A stretch of 63,586 nt of DNA, the filler included, from Nemertoderma westbladi (Eukaryota; Animalia; Xenacoelomorpha): the NCBI GenBank assembly GCA_032718475.1. It is 3 parts of 3 records of this genome, joined end to end, with 100 filler letters (N's around TTAATTAATTAA, not from the genome) between each part and the next. Parts side by side here need not be neighbours in the genome. Positions count along the whole stretch, not along the records: positions 1 to 23,032 come from JAUCBJ010005826.1; positions 23,133 to 45,575 come from JAUCBJ010002891.1; 1 more part is not named here. One strand, given 5' to 3'. Below the pieces are notes generated by a model, which searched no databases, had not been told where the DNA came from, and was given only the letters and a program-made list of their open reading frames with translations. Numbering within the stretch: the first letter of the stretch is position 1; each line of letters opens with the position of its first letter. The position numbers and the translations under genes are program-made. Below, piece after piece: positions 20,519-33,600 of the stretch.

Positions 20519-21844
20519 TATCAAATCTTAAATAAATATTTATCAATAAATTACAATACCAGAGACTAGGCCTATTGTAGATATAATTCAGCGTAGAGGT
20601 GTACCTACTGAACAGTTAAAATTGTATATAATATACCGGTAGTCAATCAGGCTAAAAATAACATTCGGAATTAGGGTAAAAAACAGTCACTACAACTAAA
20701 AAATTGTTTAAAACATTTGTGAACAGTAACATCATGTAATGGTCAGATGGTTGAATATAATGCAGCTTTATGAGTTTTAGATAGTTAAGGCTTATGGGGC
20801 CTACAATATTCAATGTTAATCTGAAAAAAATAACTGGAATTTGGTTAGGCCTAAGGTTATTGGTCCTTCTGGCATGTGGCATGTCTATATTAATTTGTTT
20901 TTCTGTTATTTTTGACCCTAAATTTGGGATGAAAATGGTTAAAATGGTTCTATATCCATTTTCGCAATTAACAGAGAATCGCTGAATACAGGAATAGGCC
21001 TATCGAAACAATTTTATATTATTTTAAGTATTTTCCAGTGCCAAACAATTTAAGTTTTAATTTAAATTTAAGATTAAAATTGTTTTTCCTGACTAGGGAA
21101 GTGAAAATGTCATTACAAAAATGTAGGTAGGGGGGATTTGAACTTGAACTCGGTACATCCAACATCTGCTTAACAGTCATCAGCAAATTGAAATACCGGT
21201 ACATGTCACATCATATTATATAGTGTCTTATTGACCAAAAAAGCAAAACAATAGGTAGGAACTGTACAAACAATTACGGAACCGGTACTTAATAATTTAC
21301 AATACTAACCATACTGCCATATGAAATTAATTAAGGTTTCACCCAAAATCATGTAAAAAACGGCTCTATCATATATGCGGACCCGTGATTTATCTGCTAT
21401 CCTGCTATCTGTAAACCAGCCTTTTTTGTAAATACTGAAATATGTTACCCTTACCAGTCTGCCAGTAGCTGTAGCCTGTAGGGCTGTAGGGCCTAGCTGC
21501 CTAGTGAAATATTGAATATAGTACCGTAGTGAAATTATTAAATAAAAATTTGAAATAGGCCATCCTACTAAATTTTTGCAAATTTGTCTAAATTTTTCCT
21601 ATTTGTTAGTCCCCTAGTGCCTAGTTTGCGTATTTCGTATTTTTGAGATAGATCTGACAAAAAATGTTGTATTTTGGAAGGTCTGACTACAGACTGTCTG
21701 ATGCTTACTCAAAGGAATAGTAAACCCAGCAAAGTCACATCCTTCGAAATTGCTACTAATATGCTGCTAATTTGATTGAAATAAATTTTCTTCGAAATTA
21801 TCAGCATTTTCACCGTCTAAATTGTCTGATAATTCAGTCTACAA

Positions 21845-22345
21845 TTCGTAGGATAAATTATCCTTCTAAACGAAGGATAAATTCGAAGACTATTCGAAGA
21901 TTCTGAAGATTTAGCTAGTTTTTAGCCGGCAAATAGAAGGATAAATATGCCTACTATTCGCCGGATAAATTATCCTTCTAAACGAAGGATAAATTTGTAG
22001 ACTTTTCGAAGGGTGGATGAATTGATAATTTTTATCCTTCGTTTAGAAGGATAATTTATGCTGCTATTCGAAGGATAAATTATCCTTCTAAATGAAGGCT
22101 AAATTTGTAGACTTTTCGAAGGGTGGATGAATTTATAGTTTTTATCCTGCGTTTAGAATGATAATTTATGCTACTATTCGAAGGATAAATTACCTTCTAA
22201 ACGAAGGATAAATTTGTAGACTTTTCGAAGGGTGGATGAATTTATAGTTTTTATCCTGCGTTTAGAATGATAATTTATGCTACTATTCGAAGGATAAATT
22301 ACCTTCTAAATGAAGGATAAATTTGTAGACTTTTCGAAGGTTGGA
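21845..22345. repeat. ~110-bp tandem repeat (4-5 copies) rich in short palindromes
   Basis: TATTCGAAGGATAAATTATCCTTCTAAACGAAGGATAAATTTGTAGACTTTTCGAAGGGTGGATGAATT... recurring near 21955, 22064, 22175 and 22284. Confidence 0.88.
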
Positions 22346-23032
22346 TCATTTAGCTTAGTTTTGTTTAGTTATGCATAGTTACTGTATGTTATGTTTTATC
22401 CGGCAAATTCTGAGAGTAAAATAATAATTATATAATGTAGTTATGCCTACTAATAATCCGAATATTTTTTTATCTGGGGACCATATTTAGCAGTAAATTA
22501 GTACAAAGTTATCAGTTCTTTAGAATTGTCGATTATATAATAATATATAATCTGAAACAAAGAAAATTGATCTATATAATGTCCAGTGCCATTCATATTG
22601 TTTTATGAAATAAATCCATTAATTACTGTGTGATGCTGTGTCTGTCCTTAAAGGTGCGGAAATCCATGTATCCAGAGTCTGCAGGTCTGAGTGTATGACA
22701 GAGCTAGAGGTAAAGGCGATGTCCATACTGCCCTACAGTATGTTACTGTCAGAATGCCAGACACCTGTAAAAACGAGACTACAGTATCTGACTACAGTAT
22801 GTCTTTCAGGCAGTCAGGGAAATCCTGGGGACAAACAAAGCACATATTTTTTCAGTATTACGTGTACTATATCCGAAACTGAAAGTTTTAAAAAATATAC
22901 CTTTTATACTACAGTATAACGATACAGAAACTATTTACTCTACTGCTCTATACTGTATAAAATTTATTCTTAATTAATAATTATTTTTAATCTTTTTTTT
23001 AATATACAAGTTTTAATACAGTATTTAACATT

Positions 23033-23132
23033 NNNNNNNNNNNNNNNNNNNNNNNNNNNNNNNNNNNNNNNNNNNNTTAATTAATTAANNNNNNNNNNNN
23101 NNNNNNNNNNNNNNNNNNNNNNNNNNNNNNNN
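23033..23132. other. Artificial contig-joining spacer
   Basis: 44 N + TTAATTAATTAA (stops in all six frames) + 44 N. Confidence 0.97.
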
Positions 23133-23138
23133 ACTTCG

Positions 23139-23805
23139 ATGGCGGCGGAAGCGGGAAGACCGGGGCATTCTGTATCCCGATACTACAGCTGGTCCATGAA
23201 ACTCTACGGTACAAACTCCGAGATGGAAAACTCGATGGGAAATCGGGGGGAAGAACTAGGCCTACGAAATTTCAGTTGAACTCATTCGATAGAGCGATAG
23301 AGGTGACCAGTTGGCAGTTGGCCATCTCCCAGGACGGTTGCTGTGTCATGCGCGTGGCCAGAGGAGTTGGCACGGTACCCGGACGACTAAAGGAATAGTC
23401 GGATCCGGTCGTTTCGTTACTATTCAGCTATTACGAGGCGACGGTAAAGGACGAGGTGCGAGGGCCCATGCCGGGTTAGTTGGAGCACCGGAAGCGCGAC
23501 ACTCGATATCGGGACTGATAAAAATAGTTTTGGCTTCGGAGGAAACGGTAAGAAGTGTTTCGGGCGGCATTTTGACGACTATGGACAACCATATGGACTA
23601 GGCGACGTGATCGGTTATCGGATCGATCTGGATGTGGGCACAATTGGGTACCGGTACAGTAAAAACGGAAGTGATCTCGGGAAAGCTTTCGACAGTTCGA
23701 GATTCCCGCTAATTTACGCAAACTCCCGTTATTCCTGTATTCCCGCAGTCTGTGGTCTGTCGGTATCTTTAAAGAATGCTGAAATTATGTTTATTTTCGC
23801 CGAAT
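23139..23805 (+). pseudogene. DDX1: Intronless, multiply frameshifted DDX1 fragment (DEAD motif I plus SPRY domain)
   Basis: Pieced across frames: MAAE..GSGKTGAFCIPILQLVHETL...WHGTRTTKG...YYEATVKDE...LDIGTDKNSFGFGGNGKKCFGRHFDDYGQPYGLGDVIG..IDLD...SKNGSDLGKAF...LKNAEI. A SPRY domain inserted after motif I is characteristic of DDX1. Confidence 0.88.
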
Positions 23806-23863
23806 TTATCCGTTTATCTGCGCATCTTCTTTCCGGGTACACCATTGTATCCCGGGCGCCGTT

Positions 23864-24035
23864 TTGTACCTACAATGTACCAAGTTGTGTACCTATTGTA
23901 CCAAGTTGTGTACCAAGTTGTGTACCTTTTGTACTTATTATGTACCCAGTTGTGTACCTTTTACACCTACTATGTACCAAGTTGCGTACATTTTGTACCT
24001 ATTATGTAACAGTTGTGTATGGTCTTGTACCTATT
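23864..24035. repeat. Degenerate short tandem repeat (TGTACC-based)
   Basis: Repeating TGTACCAAGTTG/TGTACCTAT units; source of spurious ORFs. Confidence 0.8.
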
Positions 24036-24290
24036 TATGTTTCCTAAAGTAAAGATGTGTAATCTGATTATTATTATGATTGCTACATAACATGGTATAG
24101 AGACTATCTTATCTTATAACCGTTATCAACAGTGTTGTAGTCATAATTTGCAACGTTTCATTGAAATAATCACTTGAAATATTCGAATACATTCTACCCA
24201 TAATAATTAATACTAATTATTGTAAAACTATTTTTCTATGCGGAAATCCAGACTGAAAGTCTCTCTCTTGATATCTGTTGTTCCTTTGCG

Positions 24291-25784
24291 TCAATATAAT
24301 TAGGAACCGAGAGGTTCATTACTGTAAGAATTGCTTGTGGCTGACTGACTGACTGACTGACTGACTGACTGACTGACTGACTGATCTACAGCCAAAACTA
24401 CTCTAACGATTTTGATGAAATTTTCACAGCGGCTAGATACCGCGATTCTAAGGTCCCTGGTATGTTCCGCTATTTCGTCCATGAGCCGTGGGCTCGAAAA
24501 ATAAACATAAACGAAAAAACGCCATTAGCGCAATGGTAAAATAACACCAATAACAGCTGGTGTCGCGATGAAAAATGGCTTATGTAATGGATTTCTACAC
24601 AAGGCTTAGTATAAATCGATGAGGTTGCCAAGATTATTGTACTTAGTACACCCATACTGTTTGTTTAGGCCCTGTCAAAGCAAATATAAACTGGTTGGTT
24701 TAGTTTGAAATCTATTATTGCCTCAGCTGAATAACTCTTCCCAATGCATTCTAGTTGAGTATCCAAGTTTCTCCCTCTGCTAATGTAAGCTGAATGACTT
24801 AAGTACACAGTGTGTTGGCTACATTAATGCCAACATTATTGCAAAATGTTTTATTGTTGAATTACTCTCTGTCAGTCTCCCCTTCAGAACATTGTATAGG
24901 GAATTTCCTTTAGTTTACTCTACTGTGCCATTCAGCTGAATGGATTTGAGCGATTGCCAAGTTACAGAGTTGGATCATTCTCTGACTTTAAAAATATACT
25001 TTTTCCATGTTTTTTTTTCTGACCAAAAATTTCAAAAAAAAATTTTCGTAGCCAGTACTCCCAATCGATTCGCCATCAAAAATAACGCAAAATATTTTTT
25101 TTGCAAAATTTTAAATTACTGTAAATTTTTGGCGACTGGGGGGGGGGTAAATTTTTTTCGATCCGCTATAACTCCTGAACGCTTTGTCCAAATTCGATGG
25201 GGTTTTCATTTTTAAACTTAATTCGATGTCCTCTTTCAGCCTATCCATGTTTCGAAACCCCAAACAGCGCCGTTCAAAAATTATTTTTTTCTAGTTCTAG
25301 AATTTTACAAATTTCAAAAAAGTTGCAGTATTTTATTAACGCCTTTACGGAATTCGATAGCGTTTTCGACTTTTATATTAAACGCAATATCCTGAATCTC
25401 ACTAGCCTAGTTTCGCGTCACCAACGCCAAGACTTCATACTTTTTGAGAAAAATTTTTCTAGAATAATTTTTATTTAATTACATTTATCGCGATTTCTTA
25501 TTACTGGTTGCACATGAATTGATGGAGTTTTCAATTTATTAACTAAACACGATATCGCGCATCGCACCAGCGTGGTTTCGAAATTCCAAAACGAGGTCTT
25601 CACTAGTTGCAGGTCGATTTTGTTCTAGAATTGAGCAACTAATAATAGATCGAATTTATTAATAATTATTGTATGAAATATGATTGTATTTTTACATAAT
25701 TATTAGTTCTATACTAATTCTCGTTGTCTCTTTTATTTAAAATAAAAAGTCGGTTCCTTATCGGGCCGCTAGGCCCGTCACTAG
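24291..25784 (+). mobile_element. Non-autonomous Helitron/Helentron-like element
   Basis: Begins TC; AGGAACCGA (24302-24310) is inverted as TCGGTTCCT (25750-25758); (CTGA)n microsatellite at ~24341-24384; 3' hairpin CGGGCC-GCTA-GGCCCG followed by CTAG|T at 25781-25785. Confidence 0.72.
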
Positions 25785-27429
25785 TTAGAGTGTATTTAAC
25801 AAATTTATTGTATCCGTTGAAATGTATTTGTAAACAATAATTTAGTTGTCATGATTTTTAAGTAAGATTAGGTTAATTAAATAAAGCCTTTATAAAATTA
25901 TTATTATCCTGGGGGAAACTTTACAGCTTTATCGAAACTCTATAGCTCCATGGTAAGTATAGCTCCACGAAACTCTATGGGGGGGGGGGGGGTGGGGGGG
26001 GGGGGGTAGTATACTCCAGGTATTAAACTAAACTGATCCTTTTCTTATATATGATGGACAGATTGTCGGATAGTCAGAAAGACCAAATTTAATATACTAT
26101 CTAGTTAAGTTTTTGAATTTATTTTTTGAAATATACCAGAACATGACTAGCTATTTTATTTTTAAAAAATAATGTTCTAGAACGAATATTTTTTGAAATA
26201 TTTAAAAAATTATCAAACACTAATGTTTAGTAACTTTATTTTTTCATATCAATAAAAAGCTTGTCTTGCAAGGATTCCAAATACAACTAATTACCCAACT
26301 AATTAGTATAAACAATTTCGTGGGAGGGTTTACGACGTACCTCCAGTTCCCCCTCCCTCCTCCAAGCCAATTACTAGCTTTACCTGTTCTATTGTGTTTA
26401 CTTTATTGTTTTGGTTAAAATAACGTGCCACTGTAACCTGCTCCTTTCCCAAAATTTAGAAATTAATATTGAGGCGGGATATTAATTCGCCAAGATGGGA
26501 TTTGCGTCCAGTCCCACCCCCCTCCTATCTCTTGATTTCACTAAAAAATAGAATACATTGCATTTTACTGTTATAATTACTGTATTGAATAAAATAATTA
26601 ATTGATTGTTTATTAAACCGTGCTAAGCACATTGAACTGGAGCTCTAACAATTCCCCACTAGCGGCAGACAGGAACTGTAAAAGTCTCTGTAGAATTTCT
26701 AATTAAGCAATGCTCTTAGGTAACTACTACTAAATTTCAGATGAATCTGATCGTTGGTTCTATAATTACAGCTATTTTTACGTTTCTGTTAATTCGCCCC
26801 CTAGCGGCAGACCGGGGAACTGTAGAAGTCTGTCTGTGTGTAGAATTTCTAAATTTTTTAAGACTACAAGTGTACCAAGTTTGGTTCCATTTCATCCATG
26901 ATTGACCGACTTATTAGCGTTCAAACATTCCTGCCACGAATAAAAGCTGCAGGAACTCGAGCGATAACTAATTTATTTATTATTAAATACTGTTTCAATT
27001 AAATTCTTTACGAAAATCTAGTCATCTTCTTTTAAATATGGACCCTGCATTCATGGAAAATATAATATTTGATAATTCATCAGTCACCAGTCAGCCTACG
27101 CTAATTTCACAGCAAAGTCCTTGTCATGGCCTGTGTGTAGTAGGCCATGGTACCACCCTACTACCGGCTGACCGCATGACCGGTGGCAACTAGCACTTCA
27201 GCACTTGCACAGCAACAGCACTACCGGCGATACACAGGTTGAAATTTATGTAGAGTTTGCTCAACAGTACAGATATAAAATAGTTATCTAAATTATATAT
27301 ATTACTATTGACAAGTATTGAAATATATACCGTTATTCGTGTTATCAGTATTTGCAACATCTGACATTGAAGAGGTGAGAGAAGAAGAATACCGGCACTC
27401 AACATAACCAACGCTTATCACAGGTCGGC

Positions 27430-27720
27430 ATGGTTACCTCGAAACCGGCGCGACTGTCCACTCGAATACAACTTCAAAACACAAACGCCAACAATAAACT
27501 GAAAGCGAATCCAACGTCTTCAGAAGAATCTGTCATTGGGACGAAGAAAAGGAAGCCGAAACCACGGGAATGGACCACAGCTAAGATCGAATGCTCCCAT
27601 TGTCAGAGTTCCTGGACCGAAATTGAAACACCAATTGCCGATGGGCTTGATCTCTCAAACAAAAACTTCCTCTGCGGGGTTTGCGCGGCAGTAAAGATTG
27701 AAAGTCTGGAAGCTGGCATC
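27430..27720 (+). other. Possible PHD-like Cys-rich ORF fragment, perhaps a LINE ORF1 relic
   Basis: Basic N-terminus then CSHC..W...FLCGVC. Sequence character changes abruptly after ~27720. Confidence 0.3.
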
Positions 27721-28523
27721 CCTAGGTATTATTATTATAAAGAGCGTCAGCCTGCGTTTAATAAATATATTTTAATACAAAACAGGTCGAACGCAAAAAG
27801 GCTTATAATGAAGACGAGTACTGCATTGATTATATTCCTATAAACCACCTGGCTTTGCATATTGAACGTGCGTTTGGAAATAAGTTCGTGCTACCCTTCC
27901 GTGGGTGGTAGATGTCGCGGTTATGTATTGGTGGGTGGGGGAGGGGGGGGGGGGGGGGGTGCGGATTAAAAGGGGTGAACACGTGCTGTCCCCCTTTCTT
28001 TGATTAATTGGTGGTGTGGGTTAATCTCTCATAACCTGATTTTGTGATACAGTCGCACAATTTTAATTTGTATCTCATAACTGGGCCTCGTGCTGCGCGA
28101 AGGCCCCACGAACGTGTTCCTACCTAGAAGTTAATTACCGCGGACTACCAGATCCAACGTGCCTATTAACCACTTTACAACACAAATATGCTGCCTACAC
28201 ACTAATTACTTTCGGAAAGCACTGTACACTAAACCCTAAATTAGGTACAAGTACTTGTAAAACAATAACTAGCAGTTAAATATACTTGAACAGTTAAAAG
28301 AACCACAGCATCTGCTGGAGTGACCGGGGCACAAAATCACCAGTCTTTACCTACGCCAAGCAGCCCGTGTAGTACCGGGGTTAATTTAACTATAATGGTA
28401 TGTGTAACAAGCACAATTACTGTAGGAAGAAACTTGGGGACATGAATGTTGCGAATAATCGCATAAACTCTGAATAATAAATATTACGCTACCCGTACAG
28501 AATACTCAAACAAAATACAAACC

Positions 28524-29048
28524 AAACGCTGGCAGACTACCATCAAGCCTAAATAAACTACAGTATGTGCAGATTCCAAAATGGTTAGTTAGTATGCGTT
28601 CTAACACGGTAGTACGACTTATTCTTTAAGAGGGGATTGACCTTACAGCTCTGGCTGCCCCAATTTACTAACTGGCACTTTATCAGACAAACTCTACACA
28701 CGCAGCAGTCCCTTCAGACCTAATAATAGCTAGACAACAATCCAGCCTACAAAATATCTGAGTAATAACTATTACGGTACCTGAACAGACCACACAAACA
28801 AACACAGGCCAAAACGCTGGCAGACTACTGTCAAGCCTAAATAAACTACAGTATATGCAGATTCCAAAATGGTTAGTTAGTATGCGTTCTAACATGGTAG
28901 TATGACTTATTCTTTAAGAGGGGATTGACCTTACAGCTCTGGCTGCCCCAACTTACTAACTGGCACTTTATTGGACAAACTCTACACACGCCGCAATATC
29001 TCCAGACTCAACAACAGTCAGACAACAGTCCAGCCTACAATTATCTGA
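28524..29048. repeat. Direct duplication of ~237 bp with 288-bp period
   Basis: AAACGCTGGCAGACTAC...GAGGGGATTGACCTTACAGCTCTGGCTGCCCC...TCCAGCCTACAA at 28524 and 28812. Confidence 0.9.
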
Positions 29049-30682
29049 ACAATCTGAGCAGACTTACACGTCTTCTGCTCAATATTAACTTACACGTAAT
29101 TAAAACTGACAGAAATAAGTAAAATCTCAATAAAAAACCAGGGCGGCCGTTCCCTGATTAAGTACTAAGACCTACCGGTATATAATAATCAAAATCGAAT
29201 AATACTAATGTACTTACACTGGAAGTACCAGTTAGGACAATTGGGCCTACGGACCTACAGCAGTACCGGTTCTGGCAGTTAGGCCTACAGACCTACAGCA
29301 GTACCGGTTCAGGTTTACCGGTCGACCGGTACTTTCAACTTTATTGCTTACTGCAATAAAGAAGATAACCGTTATTGTACGCGCTTTTGAAGACCTTTAG
29401 CAGTTTAACCTGCCAAAATTTATATGTCTTTTGGTTTATAAATAGACTTTAGAAGATGACAGATATTTAATACCAATAAACACAACATTAGCCGAAGCCA
29501 GCCTAGTGCGCTTCCATTCACCCGCTGGATATACCCGGGAGACTGGATTCGGATGGGGCTTAGATTTTATTGCAGTGAAGCCTACTGTATTATTCGATTG
29601 ATCGTTAATAATTAATTTCTGACAAATATTATTCACTTTCGGGAAATATCAACAGTTCCTTTAGGACGTGGCGCTCTATCTAGGTAAACAGAGTTATGAC
29701 TTATACTACACACAACGGTAAGACTGTAAGGCTTGTGATTCACGTATAAGGCGCATTCTTTAGGAAATGCTTAGTTATCAGCCACAATCATGCACACTAC
29801 CGGTACTGCACAATACTGCACACTAATCTGCCGACCGTCAATGAATTTGATCACACATAAAGAGAACAGCAATTGACTCACGTAGTGGCTATCAAATAGC
29901 ATTATATTCACTACAAACCACGATAATATAAGTCGCAATTGTTATATATAGCCTGTCTCTCTAACCTGTAGTGTATCAAGAAAATTGGGAAATTTGGGTT
30001 ATTTATCGATGTTCTCCAAGCAATAATATTCAACCAAAACACAACAGTAAATAGCATTAAGACGGTAGGTTAAGATATGATATAGTGATTAAACTGGACC
30101 GATATGGTGGATTGGACCGTGGTCCGATATGATTGGTATGTATTGGTATGCACTATGACTCGATAACAGTTATACGTTCTATAACTAAGCCTACTAATGT
30201 TTCTTCTAAAGTCTGAAACACCGAGTCATTCCAAAAGCCGATGTTCTGGCGTAGGAGGAACAACAACTGTAACACTGTAAGACAGAAACTGTAAGACTGA
30301 ACACGCCTAGTATAATCTGTAGAATATCTCCACGTCCACAGTAAAAATCGCCCTGATTGGCTGTTAAGCTGAACAAAGAACCATGTATCCAACGGCCGTT
30401 TCCATGCCAGCAACCAGCTGGTAGATGTCGTAATCTGAATCATCCAAGCTACACTGTGCTAGAGGATTTTGATGCATTGCGGGTTTTTGCATCCTTCCAC
30501 GTCCGCTAAAGTACACATACAGAAGAATGACTTTTATGTCCGTTAAAACACCTACACGGTACTTTGCGGGCAAGGGAACTGATTATATCCGCAAAGCTTT
30601 TACAGGAGCTTTTTAGAGTATTCCAGCGCCTTGGGGGGAACTGGATAGCAAAGCAAAAGGGCCAGTTATCCCACAAAAGCTT

Positions 30683-33600
30683 TTACACGGTATCCGACTT
30701 TATCTCTGTCTCTTCTTTTGATTCAGATAAACTCTCAGGCCCGTCATTAACAGCAGTACAAGTTCTGTGCATTCGAGATAAAACATCTGCATTCGTATTA
30801 GCTTTACCCGGTCTATGGAAAACATTCTCGGGCGAAATATAATCAGTTAGATCTATCACCCAACGTGCCAATGGGCCTTTTAATTCATGACGACCCAAAA
30901 GTAATCCCTTTATTGCTGCGTGATCCATGTAAACCAATGTTGTTAAGGCTCTTCCATATAAATATGGTTTGAAATGATTACAAGCCCATTTAAGTCCATA
31001 TACCTCCAACTGGGTTGAAGTATATCGTTGTTGAGAGTTCGTCAGCTGTCTTGAAGCATATGCTATTGGGTGTAATTGACTGTCATCATCAGCTATCTGG
31101 GATAAAACAGCCCCAAATCCGGTTTCACAAGCGTCAGTTTCTAAAATAAATGGTCTTGAATGATCTGGGTAACGCAATACTGGTGTTGTAATTAACCGTT
31201 CTTTAACTTCGCATAAACTCAATCGTTGGTCCATCCCAAAGCAATAAGCCGTATTTTTCTTTAATAATGAGGTCAAAGGTCGGACAATCTTTCCGTATCC
31301 TTCTATAAATTTTCGATAATAATTCGATAATCCCAGAAAACGTCGAAGTTCCTTTAGATTCTTTGGTTCTGGAAAGTTTATGATTTTGTCTACAGTCTCT
31401 GGATTTGGAAGTAGTCCGTTTCGTGTAACGATGTGTCCTAAAAACTTAATTTGAGATCTACCAAACTTGCACTTTCGAGTTCTCAGTTTTAAATTTGCCT
31501 CCCGTAGCCGATTTAATACTGCTGCCACATCTTCCGAGTGGCTATCGAAATCCGGTGAACAAACAAGTACATCATCTATATAGACAAAGCATGGTTTTCT
31601 TCCATTTACTACCACATCTTTAAGTATTTATTTTTCTCCATTGTTCTTTGAAACGTTGCTGTCGCGTTGCACAGTCCAAACGCTAAAACAATGAATTCAT
31701 AGAATCCCGCTGAACATGCAAATGCCATTTTTGGAATAGCTTCCTTCGTTAGTGGAAGCTGCCAATATCCACTGGCAAGGTCTAAACAAGAAAAATATTT
31801 TGATGATCCAAGTTGATCCAATATTTCTTCTGTATGGGGTAATGGGAAGTTATCTTTAGTTGTAATGGAGTTTAATTTCCGATAATCGACACAAAATCGA
31901 ATAGATCCATCCGGTTTAGGTGCCAATACGATAGGTGAAGACCAAGGTCCATGAGCTGGTCTAATAACTCCCATTTTATGCATTCTATTAACCTCCATTG
32001 CCACTACTTCTTTGAGTTTCTCAGGGATTCGACGGACACCCTGTTTGAAGGGACTGCTGTTGCCAGTGTCAATGTCGTGTTCTGCTATTTCAGTTCTACC
32101 GATTTTATCATCCAATAACTGGAATACGTCATCATATTCCTTAAGAAGTTTTAATAAACTATCTTTTTCACTCTCATTAAGATCAGAGTCTGTAAAATCA
32201 ACATGACTTTCTAACTCAATCTCCCTTTCACCTTTATCTGTGATAAGTGCTGTAACACCTTCCGCTAAGTTGTCGCTATAAACAGATTTTATCTCAGCCG
32301 CATCAAGTTGTACACATGTTCCAACATTAATACCCTCTGGCATCGCTTTATGTAACTTATCTAGATTTAACACTCCGACCCGCGCATAACCATCTGTTTC
32401 TGGTTGAATAATTGCATTACTGGAAGATAATCCAAGATCTTCCAAAACACTTTGATTAGGTTCAAATAAATATAACTTTGAATTCCCATTGGAATTAAAA
32501 TTGTTCACTTTAATCTTCAACATACTTGCACTACAAGGTGGTATTTGTTTCCCAGCCAATAACGCACAAGTACCAACATTCTCACCCCGTCCCATATTTA
32601 TTACATCTTGAGAATCTAGGGAATGCCACCTATTAACAACTTCATATACTTTATTCATAGCCATATATGACAAATTATTTGAAATGTTTTCTCCAACTAA
32701 AACTGTTTTTACTGTTGAAATATGAATTCCCAGCCCTTCAAACGAATCTGTTCCAATCACAAAGTCCTGGTCAAAGTTTTGAACAACTGAAATTTCTGTA
32801 AGTGAGGAAACATTATCAACTGTCGCTAAAACCGAAAATCTTGCACAAATATCTAACCTGTCTTGTGTTGCTGACTTTAACTCAAGCATATCGGGACCTG
32901 TATAAACATCTGTACGTTTTGTTCCTGCCGCCGCAATAATTTTCTTTGCTGTATTCACTGAAGCTAGGGTTCCTTGTGAGCCTGAATCGATCAAAGCTGG
33001 AAAAACTGAATCCCCAATTTGAACATTATATACACATTTAGGACCAAGTCTAGGGTTTGAACTACCACTAGCAACCGCAATATCACCAAATAAATCGTTT
33101 AATATTGTTGGGTTTACTTTCCGCATTACTGGATTTGCGCTTCCCTGCTGCCTTGGTACCCCGTTATTAGAATAATTACCATTGGTGTCAGTAGGCCATC
33201 ATGAGGGATTTCTACCGGTATTTGGTCTATTCGGGGCTCCCCCACCTTCGCTACCATTATTATCCATATTTCTCCGTGTATTTGTCCAGTTATTACTGTT
33301 AGGCCCGTACAGTTTATCTCGAGGACATTGCTCCTTCCAATGAAATTGATTTCGAAATCCCATTGAGTCGCAAACTTTACAAAAAGGTAACCGATTCTGT
33401 TGACTTCTATCAGTACCAGTACTGGTATTATTATTGGAACCAGTACTATTGCGATTGTACTGGTTATTACCCCAATTATTATGCCTGATATTACCGTAAC
33501 TGTGTGGATTAGATGAGTTATTTGAGATTCTGTTCCGATTGAACCGAGAAGGATCCGTCGGGTATCGTCTCGCTGATGCATATTCATCAGCAAGGCTCGC

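Noticed and set aside
23077-23088. TTAATTAATTAA as a biological motif
   Set aside because: Centred in identical N runs at both gaps; an artificial six-frame-stop linker.
30153-30682. Integrase or tyrosine recombinase downstream of RNase H
   Set aside because: Manual translation of the minus-strand frames showed no HHCC, DDE or recombinase motifs.
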